Of a stretch of 32,000 nt of DNA, positions 9,873-19,781 are shown one piece after another. The notes beneath the pieces were generated by a model. It worked only from the letters and a program-made list of their open reading frames with translations, was not told the DNA's origin and searched no databases. Source of the stretch: Promethearchaeum syntrophicum (lineage in GTDB: Archaea; Asgardarchaeota; Lokiarchaeia; Sigyniarchaeales; Promethearchaeaceae); contig NZ_CP042905.2 in assembly GCF_008000775.2 (NCBI RefSeq), forward strand, positions 1,500,001 to 1,532,000, in the 5' to 3' direction. Both the position numbers and the translations under genes were made by a program. The stretch's first letter is position 1, and each line of letters opens with the position of its first letter.

Positions 9873-9977
9873 TTTAAATGTAATTAAATTCTCTTTTCTT
9901 TTTTAAAATAAATTTCTATTTTTTTTGTAAAAAACCCAATTAATAAACTATTAAACATAAAAAATTACACTTCTAAT

Positions 9978-11501
9978 TTGAAGATGTCTAAACTTAATGA
10001 GAATTTTATTGAAATTTTACTCGATAATATCTTAGATAGCGTATTTTTCTTAAATTCAAATGGAAAAATAATATATATGAATAAAATCGCACAAAATCTT
10101 ACCGAATGGCTCTTAAAATCTGCTCAAAATAAATATTTCTCAGACGTTTTTAAACTTAAAAAATCTAAAAGTGATTTCGAAACCTATGATTGTTTCACTG
10201 AAATCCTCCAAACAAAAAAACCACAGATATGTAAAAAACCTTCGATTTTAATCACGCAATCTGGGAAAGAAATCGAGGTAAAGTGTAATTTTTTTCCAAT
10301 ATTTGGAGAGAATAATGAATTTTTAGGATGTTTAATTATAGCTCAAGATTTTACTGATAAAAGAAAATATGAAAATGCACTGCAAAATGCCATGCGATTA
10401 AATTCATTAGGTCAATTATCAAGCGGTATAGCACATGATTTCAATAATGTATTGACTACTATTTTGGGAAATATTAGTTTAGCCAAATTAAATTTGGATG
10501 AAAAAGGTGAGATATTTAACCTTCTAAATGAAGCAGAAGAAGGTATCGATAAAGCCCGTGTTATGACTCAGCAATTGCTTACTTTTGCGAGTGAGAATAA
10601 AACAGATAAGGAAATTTTAGAAATCTCTGAACTCTTAAAAAATTTTGTTTCATTCACTCTCTCTGGTAGTAATGTTAAATGTAACTTTCGTTTTTCAAAG
10701 GATCTAATGAATGTTGAGGGAAATCGATCTCAATTAGGGCAGTTTATTCATAACATCATAGTTCATGCCGTTCATTCTATGCCTGTTGGGGGAAATATTA
10801 AAATTTCTGCAAAAAATATTAAAATTCCTAAAGAAAACAATTTTGAATTAGAACAAGGCAATTACGTAATATTAACAATTCAAGATAATGGAATTGGGAT
10901 GTCAGAAAGTGATCTCTCTCATGTTTTTGATCCATTTTATATGAGTAATATGACAGGCAAAGATATGGGTCTTGCAATTGTAAAAGATATAATAGATCAA
11001 CATAATGGCACTATTTTAATTGATTCGATTGTCGGAGAAGGGACGACCTTTACAATCTATCTTCCTGCAATTTTTCAGGATAGTTCTTCATTTAAAGATA
11101 TTAAAGGAGAAATACCTCGAAAACACGGGAAAGTATTGGTGATGGATGATGAGGATATTATACGTAGAGTTTTATCTAAAATGTTAACCCAATTAGGTTA
11201 TGAAGCTCATGTTGTAAATGAGGGTGTAAGTGCAATAAAGACATATAAAGAGTTTTTAGCAAACAATGATAGATTTGATGTTGTCATATTGGACTTAACC
11301 ATAAGAGGGGGGATGGGTGGAAAAGAAACGATTGAGAATCTCCTCAAAATTGATCCAAAAGTAAAAGTTTTGGCTTCAAGTGGATATACAACAGATGATA
11401 TCATGACTAATTATGAATCATATGGTTTTTCTGGGGCTTTGGTTAAACCTTATCGAGTAAATGAATTGGATAAGGCCTTAATTGACATTCTGAATAATTA
11501 A
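9978..11501 (+). CDS. Hybrid sensor histidine kinase: PAS, HisKA, HATPase, C-terminal receiver domain
   Basis: PAS-like N-terminus; 'LGQLSSGIAHDFNNVLTTILGNI' (H box), 'DNGIGMSESDLSHVFDPFYMS', 'GKDMGLAIVKDIIDQHNGTI' (N/F/G boxes); receiver 'KVLVMDDEDIIRRVL...VVILDLTIRGGMGG...VKVLASSGY...GALVKPYR'. Confidence 0.9.
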   Translation: MKMSKLNENFIEILLDNILDSVFFLNSNGKIIYMNKIAQNLTEWLLKSAQNKYFSDVFKLKKSKSDFETYDCFTEILQTKKPQICKKPSILITQSGKEIEVKCNFFPIFGENNEFLGCLIIAQDFTDKRKYENALQNAMRLNSLGQLSSGIAHDFNNVLTTILGNISLAKLNLDEKGEIFNLLNEAEEGIDKARVMTQQLLTFASENKTDKEILEISELLKNFVSFTLSGSNVKCNFRFSKDLMNVEGNRSQLGQFIHNIIVHAVHSMPVGGNIKISAKNIKIPKENNFELEQGNYVILTIQDNGIGMSESDLSHVFDPFYMSNMTGKDMGLAIVKDIIDQHNGTILIDSIVGEGTTFTIYLPAIFQDSSSFKDIKGEIPRKHGKVLVMDDEDIIRRVLSKMLTQLGYEAHVVNEGVSAIKTYKEFLANNDRFDVVILDLTIRGGMGGKETIENLLKIDPKVKVLASSGYTTDDIMTNYESYGFSGALVKPYRVNELDKALIDILNN

Positions 11502-11617
11502 CCTTTTTCATTTCCTTATTCCTATAAGAAATCAGATATTTTAGGCTATATGTAATAAGAAAGTTCTTTATTGGGTTCAGCTCGAAAGTTTAATTATACA
11601 ATTGCAGATGAATAATC

Positions 11618-11731
11618 ATGACAGAAGAACACACAATTAAATGTGGTGCATGTGGAGAATCGTTTTCTGGGGCTACGATGGAAGAAGCCAAAGCCTTAGC
11701 AATGCAACACAAAGAAGAACACCATTCCTAA
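11618..11731 (+). CDS. 37-aa C2H2-like mini zinc-finger protein, missing from ORF track
   Basis: ATG...TAA translates to MTEEHTIKCGACGESFSGATMEEAKALAMQHKEEHHS*; CxxC...HxxxxH metal-ligand spacing. Confidence 0.65.
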   Translation: MTEEHTIKCGACGESFSGATMEEAKALAMQHKEEHHS

Positions 11732-11836
11732 GGTTTGGAGATTTTTGAACACGCCGATTAATATCGAAATTTAGTAATTCCAATGTAGTTTCAATATCTT
11801 TTTTTTCTTCATTTTCACATAATTACTTTTTTCTTC

Positions 11837-13558
11837 TTATATTAATAGCTTTTCTATTCGAATTCTTATCCCATATTCTAAAAGCTGTAGAAGATAACTC
11901 TCGGCACTCAGTATTGAACTATATCTTTGCTCAAACTTTCGGCGAATGTAAGGTGAGCGCGGTTCCCAAGAAACCTTATTCCACACCTTTTTGCGTTCTT
12001 GTTCAAGCATCATTCGCATCCGAGCTACATGCCATCTGTTATAAAGTATCATTCCCAATTCTAAATTCCACTGACGTTGGGTAGACTTGCGACTCCTTGA
12101 TAATCGAACAAACTTAGCTTTACCCTCTTTAAACCCATTTTCAATAGACCATCTTTCATGATACACTTGAGCAAGTTTAATGAAATAATCTGTGTTATGT
12201 TTAATCGCTTCATCTATTGTCGATGATATGGTAAAAAACATAAGAGAATTAAGCATCAATGTTTGATTTTTCTTTAATTTCTTGAGATACTCCATAGACT
12301 TTATTATCTGCTTATATTTCTTATAAAGTTGTGAATTTCTGAACTTAGTCCTTTTTCTTTGAGTTATTTTTTTTATTATAGAAGGATTCTTGATTCCTGC
12401 TTGTTTTTGAAGATCAATGTATTCTTTCTGATATTCATCAATTCTATCTTCGGAGGACTTGATATTTTTCTTAGTAACCATCCATTCATGTTTAAGATCT
12501 TTGAGTTTTCGATTCCTGTTTGTCTGATATCCATCCACAACAGCCACTAATACAACAGGAATATGATACATTGAATCATATGTTTTCATTTCAGATGCTT
12601 CACAATATCCTTTTAATGAAGGATGCGTATATTTCGATAAATTAATATAATCCATAAATACTTCTTTTGAATTTGGGTCTTCTAAGAATGCAACCTTTTT
12701 TCTAACCTTTTCCCTGGCAAATTTTTTTGGTACAATAACTCTAATATTATCGTTATGCTTACATTTACTACTAATTTGATTGAAATATGCAGCTGTAAAT
12801 AATTCACCATTATAATACCCTCGATCAGCGTCAATAAACTTTACTTCAGATCCTGCACCTTCAACTATCTTGCAAGAGTTTTGTAACTGCCCAATAAAGG
12901 CTTGAATTGTAGTATTCTCGTATTTAGGTTTATGGTAATTCTGATGTAGTGTACTTATAAAGAGTTGATTGGTGCAATCATACACAGATGAATAAGTAAA
13001 GCCTCGTTTCCACGTATTATTTTGACCAATATGGACAAATGAATATTGATCATTCAAGTATTTAGAACGTGTTTCTTCAGGCGTCGTGTCGATAGCAAGG
13101 ATTACCTCCTTGGATTTACCGTTAAACTCATTTAATTCTTTCATACATGCGGTATAGTTTTCATTAAGTTTATCATCAAGATTGGGTTTACTATCTTGGA
13201 TGACATTGTCAGTAACTGCTTGACGACTTGCGGATAGAGGAAATTTCCTTGATTCTGGCATAAAAATCTCAATTGCATTATTTAATGCTGTGTCTGTATC
13301 TTGCGATGCCTTGATGGACGACAACACCGAATAAATAGATGTTGAAATTACGTTCAAGTGTTTCTTTCCAATTTCCAATGATGATTTAGTCAACATTGAG
13401 GAGATCAGAGTCAAAATAACCCGTTCTTTTGTATTTTGTGAGGAATTTACCTTCCTTTTCTGTTTACTCGTTAATCCGAGCAAATCAAGTTGTTCCGAAA
13501 AGACTAAATGGAGTTGTTCATTATCTAAAGATGAGATGCTACTTACCTCTTGGTACAT
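11837..13558 (-). mobile_element. IS4-superfamily-type DDE transposase (573 aa)
   Basis: 'VILAIDTTPEE', 'VKFIDADRGYYNGELF', and 'YHERWSIENGFKEGK', an exact Y-(2)-R-(3)-E-(6)-K signature. Confidence 0.8.
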
Positions 13559-13819
13559 TTTATGGGTTTGCTCGACTTTATAAAATGAAGCATCTCTCTT
13601 ATATTTTATGCATTTATAGCCATAAATTTTGTAGATTTTTTCCTTGATACGGAGGTTTTGTAAAGATCACAATTTCAACATTAGAAACTTCCGGATATCT
13701 TGTCTGGTGCTTGAATTGAGCCGAGGGCAATATTTAAAGATTAGAATGTGCTTGAAAAGTCATAAATTTTGTCGTCCGTTTAAAAGCACTAGAAAAAATT
13801 AATTATGTGATTTTCTGTT

Positions 13820-14917
13820 TTAAACATTTTTTACATAATCTAAAATTTTTTTCTGATTGGTCTTCACAGTTTCTTTTAAATTTGAAAATTTTAACCCAAT
13901 TAAGCGAATTTTTTTCTTTTTCTTAAAAAATTCTTGATAAAGATCCAAAACAACCTCTAATGCTTTCTGCTTATTTCTAATTGCAGAAGTAAAGGATTTA
14001 GACCTCAAATAAGTCTCATATCCCTTAAATCGTATTTTTAAACTGATTGTTCTATATAAAATACCTTTCTTTTCTAAAATATCATGAATTTTATCATTTA
14101 AATCGGTGATTTTTGATAATATTTCTTGATAATCATCTGTATCTTCATAAAAAGTGCGTTCTTTAGAAATTGATTTTCGATGATAAAAATAACTGGAATC
14201 ATGAACTTTTCTTTCTTCCAAGCCATTAATCAAATTGTATATCCATCTTCCACGATCTCCAAATTTTGCAATCATTTTATGCTTTGGGATTTTTAAAAAA
14301 TCTCCTATTAATTGAAAACCATGTTTTTCATAATATATTTTAGATTTTTTTCCAATACCTGGAATCCTAGTTATTTTTAATGGACTTAAAATAGTTTTAT
14401 AATTATCAGGGTTAATTATCGTAATTCCATTTGGTTTATTGCAGTCAGAACCAATTTTTGCAAGAGATTTTGTAAATGCAACACCAATAGAACAAGTTAT
14501 TCCGACTTCTGATTGCACTTCATCTTTAATTTTTTTTGCAATTTCATTCGCATGATTCATGTCAATAGCTATTTCACTCATGTCTAAATAGGCTTCATCG
14601 CTCCCTACTTGTTGAAAAACTGGGGAATATTTATCAAGAATTTTCATTACTTGAGATGATATTTCTCTTATTCGACCAAAATTTGATTTAACATAAATTC
14701 CGTGTGGGCATAGATGATAAGCTTTTGAAATTGGCATTCCTGAATGGAGTCCAAATTCCCTAGCTTCATAAGAACATGTGGTTACAACCCCTCTCCCTTT
14801 TCCTTTTTTGGGATCTGCCCCTGTAATAACAGGAAATCCCTTATATTCAGGATGATCTAAAATTTCCACTGCAGCAAAAAAACAATCGAGATCTACGTGG
14901 AATATAATACGATCCAT
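13820..14917 (-). CDS. dinB: Y-family DNA polymerase (Pol IV/DinB/Dbh-like)
   Basis: 'IIFHVDLDCFFAAVEI', 'GRGVVTTCSYEAREFGLHSGMPISKAYHLCP', 'YSPVFQQVGSDEAYLDMSE', 'VTCSIGVAFTKSLAKIGSDCNKPNGI'. Confidence 0.95.
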   Translation of the reverse strand: MDRIIFHVDLDCFFAAVEILDHPEYKGFPVITGADPKKGKGRGVVTTCSYEAREFGLHSGMPISKAYHLCPHGIYVKSNFGRIREISSQVMKILDKYSPVFQQVGSDEAYLDMSEIAIDMNHANEIAKKIKDEVQSEVGITCSIGVAFTKSLAKIGSDCNKPNGITIINPDNYKTILSPLKITRIPGIGKKSKIYYEKHGFQLIGDFLKIPKHKMIAKFGDRGRWIYNLINGLEERKVHDSSYFYHRKSISKERTFYEDTDDYQEILSKITDLNDKIHDILEKKGILYRTISLKIRFKGYETYLRSKSFTSAIRNKQKALEVVLDLYQEFFKKKKKIRLIGLKFSNLKETVKTNQKKILDYVKNV

Positions 14918-14970
14918 AACATTTTCGGTAATGAATCTTCTTATTTAAAAAAAAGGTCTGAAAAAATTTA

Positions 14971-16866
14971 TTAAATTCGATTTTTAAACCGGAATGAAAA
15001 TTCAAAGGTCTCTCCATAATCATCAAAAATAACTTTATATGGTAAGTTTTTCAAGATTTTTAAAATACCGATATTCTGAGCAAATACTTCCCCAAAAAAC
15101 CCGCTTATCCCTTTTTCTTGACCTATTTCACATAATCTAGAAAAAATGTGGAATCCTAAACCTAATTTATGCCATTCATTTGAAATCCATACAGCAATTT
15201 CTGCCATGTTAGTGCTACCACTTGGATCCTTATAATAACTACCTGATGCTACGATTTTTTTACTTTCTTCGTCTCCTACTAATCCTATAATTACCATTGT
15301 ATTATGATAATCAATATTTACTTCAAATTGTGCATCTTCGTGAGGAAATGCGGTCTTGGGAGTGAGAAATCGAAAAATTCGCGATTCCTCATCCATATTA
15401 TAAAAAAATCGTTGCAATATTCTTTCATCCGTTGGTTTTACTGGTCGAAAATGAATTTTTTCTTCTGTTTTTGTATCAAAGTCCCACTCATATTGTTCCG
15501 GATAAACGATCACTGATCCATCTTTTGTTAAGGGTAGTAACTGATCTTCGTATAAATAATGAAGTTCTTTTGCTTGTTCCAATAAATCTTTTCTGAATTT
15601 AGGGTGAGAAATCCCTATTAACTGCAATGCTCTATTTCTTACATTTTTTCCCGCCAAATGTGCAATTCCCCATTCAGTGACTACATAATGAACATCATAT
15701 GCAGGTAAACTACATCTCCGAACTATCGGAACAATTCTTGATTGAGAACCATCTTTAGTCGTACTGGGGATTAATATAATCGTTTTTCCTCCTGAAGATC
15801 GACTACTTCCTTGTACAAAATCATGTTCTCCTCCAATCCCCCCATAAAATCTATCTGGAAGGTGATTAGTTATTTGTCCTGAAAGATCAACAAATAAAGT
15901 TCCATATATTGAGCATAATTTTCTATTTTTAGCAATATTTTCAATATTCAATATATATTCTGAACTAAATAATTTAATAAATGGATTTTGATTAACAAAT
16001 TGATAATTTTCTTTAGTACCCAATACAAAAGATGCCATGATGTGCTGGTTCACGTTTTTTTTGCATGAAAGGGTTTTATTCTTTATCAAGGAAATTAAAT
16101 CAGAGTTTAAAACTAACATTTCTGAAAAAACTGCTAAATCCTTTTTATTCTTCAAAAATGGCCAAATTGAATTCGGCAGTTTTCCTAATCCAATATTTAA
16201 AGTAGATTCGTTTTCAATTAATCTGGAAAGATAATTGCCAATTTTCTCTATAATCTCTAAATCTCTGTTATTAAAATCATATTTAAATTCTAATAGTGGA
16301 TAATCTTTGAATACAAAAAAATTAATATCCTCAAAATGAATACTTGAATTTCCATATGTAATAGGCATTTGCGGATTTATCTGCACAATTACTTTTTTTG
16401 ATACTTGAGCAACTAATTTATTAATATCAACATTGATTCCAAGTGAACAATAACCGTATTCATCAGGAGGAGAGACTTGTAATAAACATACATCTATTAT
16501 TAAAGAACGCGATTTTAGCAATTTAACTATTTCCGATGTCTTTATGGGTATAAAATCACTCTGACCTTTTTCAACTGCATTACGAATGTTATCTGTCCCC
16601 AATATAGATAAAGTATTATGGCGAAATCGAGTTGGAAACTTATCACTGAAGAATTTTTGATCTGAAAGTGTAAGTAAATGAATTATCTCACAATCTGTCC
16701 AACGATATTTATCATGAACTAATTCACGAGTTAGAATTATCGGCTCCGAACACGCAGTACCGATAAATATTCTGGATCCAGGGCTGATTAATTTTACCAA
16801 ATCACTAGGTTGTGTCTCTTTCTCTTTATATTTTTCCCGCCAGGAAGAAAGATCAAAATCAGCCAT
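14971..16866 (-). CDS. Acetyl-CoA hydrolase/transferase-family protein fused to C-terminal GNAT domain (631 aa)
   Basis: 'GSRIFIGTACSEP', 'LLQVSPPDEYGYCSLG', 'GGIGGEHDFVQGSSRSSGGKTIILIPST', 'YVVTEWGIAHLAGKNVRNRALQLIGISHP'; C-terminal GNAT-like 'AEIAVWISNEWHKLGLGFHIFSRLCEIGQEKGISGFFGEVFAQN'. Confidence 0.87.
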   Translation of the reverse strand: MADFDLSSWREKYKEKETQPSDLVKLISPGSRIFIGTACSEPIILTRELVHDKYRWTDCEIIHLLTLSDQKFFSDKFPTRFRHNTLSILGTDNIRNAVEKGQSDFIPIKTSEIVKLLKSRSLIIDVCLLQVSPPDEYGYCSLGINVDINKLVAQVSKKVIVQINPQMPITYGNSSIHFEDINFFVFKDYPLLEFKYDFNNRDLEIIEKIGNYLSRLIENESTLNIGLGKLPNSIWPFLKNKKDLAVFSEMLVLNSDLISLIKNKTLSCKKNVNQHIMASFVLGTKENYQFVNQNPFIKLFSSEYILNIENIAKNRKLCSIYGTLFVDLSGQITNHLPDRFYGGIGGEHDFVQGSSRSSGGKTIILIPSTTKDGSQSRIVPIVRRCSLPAYDVHYVVTEWGIAHLAGKNVRNRALQLIGISHPKFRKDLLEQAKELHYLYEDQLLPLTKDGSVIVYPEQYEWDFDTKTEEKIHFRPVKPTDERILQRFFYNMDEESRIFRFLTPKTAFPHEDAQFEVNIDYHNTMVIIGLVGDEESKKIVASGSYYKDPSGSTNMAEIAVWISNEWHKLGLGFHIFSRLCEIGQEKGISGFFGEVFAQNIGILKILKNLPYKVIFDDYGETFEFSFRFKNRI

Positions 16867-16938
16867 ACTAAAGAATTATTGGAAAACTCAGTCTTTAAAC
16901 TATTTCCTAAAAAAAGTAGATATTTCAATGTAATTGAA

Positions 16939-17373
16939 TCAGCGTTTAGTCGATTTTTTCTTTTTGTTTATCTTATCAAAATATTCCTTTAGTGGATCCC
17001 AATAATAATCGTGCCACCCTTTCTCAATATCTTTTACACATACCTCTGGAACACCAACATGGGTGAATTCTAATTCAGTTCCATCATTGATTTCTTTAAA
17101 ATTCAACGAAATTTCTGAAAAATGTTTTTTCGGCCAATTATCTTGATCTGCGATCCATGTTTGGACAATTTTTTTATTAGGAATTAATTCAATTGTTTTT
17201 CCCTTCATATAACCATCGCCACAAACAAATTTTCCACCTACTTTTGGATCCAATACCGATTCAGTATCTGTAAATTTCGAATGCTTTTTTGAATCCATAA
17301 AGGCTTCATAAATTTGTTTTGGTGTGCAGTTAAATTTGATTTTTTGCTTTATTGTACTAGTAGGAATTGCCAT
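16939..17373 (-). CDS. SRPBCC/AHSA1-family (START-like) protein
   Basis: 'CTPKQIYEAFMDSKKHSKFTD...GKFVCGDGYMKGKTIELIPNKKIVQTW...ELEFTHVGVPE...GWHDYYWDPLKEYF'. Confidence 0.85.
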   Translation of the reverse strand: MAIPTSTIKQKIKFNCTPKQIYEAFMDSKKHSKFTDTESVLDPKVGGKFVCGDGYMKGKTIELIPNKKIVQTWIADQDNWPKKHFSEISLNFKEINDGTELEFTHVGVPEVCVKDIEKGWHDYYWDPLKEYFDKINKKKKSTKR

Positions 17374-17425
17374 ATCTAATAGTTAGTATTTCTCGATTTA
17401 ATATTTTCACAGTAATTCATATAAG

Positions 17426-18304
17426 CTAACAAAAAAATTTTAATGTTTTTTTCACTTTTTCATCAATTTCATCCATCTTCATCAAAGCAATTTCCTTAAA
17501 ATTACCTTCTTCTTCCCAAGATTTCACAATTTCATGCCCCAAATAATACCCTGTTTGTTTTTTGCCCTCAATTTCAAACCAACTACCAAAGAAATTTCGT
17601 TGCATCTCCGTATTATTATCCCCACTTTCATCCAGAAATTTCTGAGCTAAGTAAGAAAGATGCGATTTACACCATAAAACCCAATTTTCTTGGCCCATTT
17701 GCTGATGCCAAGATTCTTCTTCCATAATTTTATGTTCACAACGCATTGCAAATCCTTCTTCATATAATTGCCAGAAAGGAGAGTGGTTTTCAATGGGTAA
17801 ATTTCTATCTTTTCGCCAGTGAAAATGGATTAAATGACCAATTTCATGCGCACTTAGTGGTGCTAAAGATTCAAAGGTTTTCCAACCGCATTCGATTATA
17901 TTTTCAAGCCCATATAAAACCGCTGGTTTTTCCCGAAATTCTGTAGCCCATCCCGCCCCAACTCCGATCCCTACATAAATAACGAAATTTAATGGAAAAT
18001 CGAGTTGAAATTTTTGAAGAGCTCTTGGAGCAACAAATTTTATTGCTTTTTTTAATTCGTTTCTCACCTGTTTCATATATTGAACTGATTCTTTGAGTTT
18101 TGGAAAAACATGCTCTTTTGCGATTTTTTTCCAATCTCCCCCATCATTCTGGTAACTTTCTATCTGCATCTTTAAAATATAGGGCCATTTTTCCATATAC
18201 AATGTTTTCCAAATCTCAATCTGATTTTCAATATCAGCATTTTCCATTAATGACCAAATTTCTTCAAAATCATCAAAGGTATCGAAAATCTTCCAATTTT
18301 TCAA
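17426..18304 (-). CDS. Putative HExxH zinc metalloprotease-like protein (292 aa)
   Basis: 'APLSAHEIGHLIHFHWRK' (HExxH) followed by 'FWQLYEEGFAMRCEH', a plausible third ligand Glu. Confidence 0.6.
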   Translation of the reverse strand: MKNWKIFDTFDDFEEIWSLMENADIENQIEIWKTLYMEKWPYILKMQIESYQNDGGDWKKIAKEHVFPKLKESVQYMKQVRNELKKAIKFVAPRALQKFQLDFPLNFVIYVGIGVGAGWATEFREKPAVLYGLENIIECGWKTFESLAPLSAHEIGHLIHFHWRKDRNLPIENHSPFWQLYEEGFAMRCEHKIMEEESWHQQMGQENWVLWCKSHLSYLAQKFLDESGDNNTEMQRNFFGSWFEIEGKKQTGYYLGHEIVKSWEEEGNFKEIALMKMDEIDEKVKKTLKFFC

Positions 18305-18343
18305 ATTCTCTTCACTTTTTTTAAGAATGTTTACTAATTTAAA

Positions 18344-19768
18344 TTGATTAAGATTAGTTTAAAAGAAAGAAGAAAATTCGGTCAGCATTTCACTTCACCA
18401 GTGATATTTGAATTGTATATACTTCCTGAGATAAAACATAACCTTCATAATTATGTTTGGGTTGACTTATTTGCTGGATCAGGTAATTTAATTTTACCCA
18501 TTTTAAAAACAATTCCGAAAAAGCAACGAGTCGATTTTTTTAAAGATCATATCTATTTATTTGATGTTCAAGAGCAATGCATTGAAGAAACAATTAAACA
18601 TGCTGTAAGCTTAGGTATCCCACGAGATATCGCTAAAAAAAATATTATTCTTAACGATTCACTTAGATCATTTCCAAAAATTTTATCGAAATCACATCTA
18701 AAATTTCCAATTTTCCATATAACAAATCCTCCTTATCTATATTTAGGATACATCGTGAAAAGTAAAGAAACTCAGAAATATATCAGTCTTTTTCAAGGAG
18801 ATAATAAAGGATACCAAGATTTATACCAACTAGCGTTAATAAATGATCTTAGAAATAACGTAAAAGACATGATTTACATAATCCCCTCCAATTTTCTCTT
18901 TGGAAACTCTGTCTCAAATAAAATTCGCGATGATTTATTGAAATTTTATCGAATTAAAAATATGTATATCATTGAAAAAAAAATTTTCAAATATACAGGA
19001 ACTAATGTAATGATTACTTTCTTTGAAAGGAAGGATGAAGTGAAAAATGAGATATTAGAGTTTAAGGGTGTAAAAATTGGGGAAGATAAAGAAATTGAGA
19101 AAGTTAAAACTTACAAATTAAGCCCGAAATACCATTATAAAGCCGGATTCGAATTTGAAGATTTTATCGAAAAGATGAAAGCAAAAACACCATTAAAATC
19201 ATCATACTATCTTAAAATCTCTGAAATTAATTCTTGTTTGGGTAGTACTAATGTTAATTTAATCGATTCAAATGATTTCAACGGTTCTTCTTATAGAAAA
19301 ATTAATTTCCCTGTTAATCAAGAATTATTCGAAAAAATAAAAACTAATCCCCTTTGGATTAGAACTGTTGATACAGGATCATGGAATGGAAGAGCTGGGT
19401 TATATTCAATTAATGAAATTTTCAATGTAGATGGAATTCTTGTGACTAAAAATACTTACCGAACAAACCCCATTCAGATATTCTTCCATACACCTATTAC
19501 TGTTGATGAACAATTCCTACTAAAAGATTATTTTAACCTTATCCTGGAATATTTGAGAAAAATAACGGATAGTGAGTTTATGACTACCTATAAATATTCA
19601 GGAGCGAATTATACGAGAAAGTATTTCGGGCTTTCACAAGCAAAAAAACTTATCGAAACATTTCCAATTCGCGTTTTAAATGAAGCTCAACTGGAAAAAT
19701 TCAAAAAACTAATAAAATCAAAGGATTCCAAAAGTTTACTCTTTTTCTTAAAAAATAATAGAAATTAA
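18344..19768 (+). CDS. Adenine-specific DNA methyltransferase (gamma/Eco57I-TaqI-like), probable TTG start
   Basis: 'RRKFGQHFTSPVIFELY', 'WVDLFAGSGNLILPIL', 'ITNPPYLYLGYI' catalytic NPPY. Confidence 0.82.
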   Translation: MIKISLKERRKFGQHFTSPVIFELYILPEIKHNLHNYVWVDLFAGSGNLILPILKTIPKKQRVDFFKDHIYLFDVQEQCIEETIKHAVSLGIPRDIAKKNIILNDSLRSFPKILSKSHLKFPIFHITNPPYLYLGYIVKSKETQKYISLFQGDNKGYQDLYQLALINDLRNNVKDMIYIIPSNFLFGNSVSNKIRDDLLKFYRIKNMYIIEKKIFKYTGTNVMITFFERKDEVKNEILEFKGVKIGEDKEIEKVKTYKLSPKYHYKAGFEFEDFIEKMKAKTPLKSSYYLKISEINSCLGSTNVNLIDSNDFNGSSYRKINFPVNQELFEKIKTNPLWIRTVDTGSWNGRAGLYSINEIFNVDGILVTKNTYRTNPIQIFFHTPITVDEQFLLKDYFNLILEYLRKITDSEFMTTYKYSGANYTRKYFGLSQAKKLIETFPIRVLNEAQLEKFKKLIKSKDSKSLLFFLKNNRN

Positions 19769-19781
19769 AATATATACAATT

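Noticed and set aside
11837-13558. Terminal inverted repeats of the IS4-type element
   Set aside because: I scanned both flanks by eye and could not find a convincing matched pair, so element ends are not reported.
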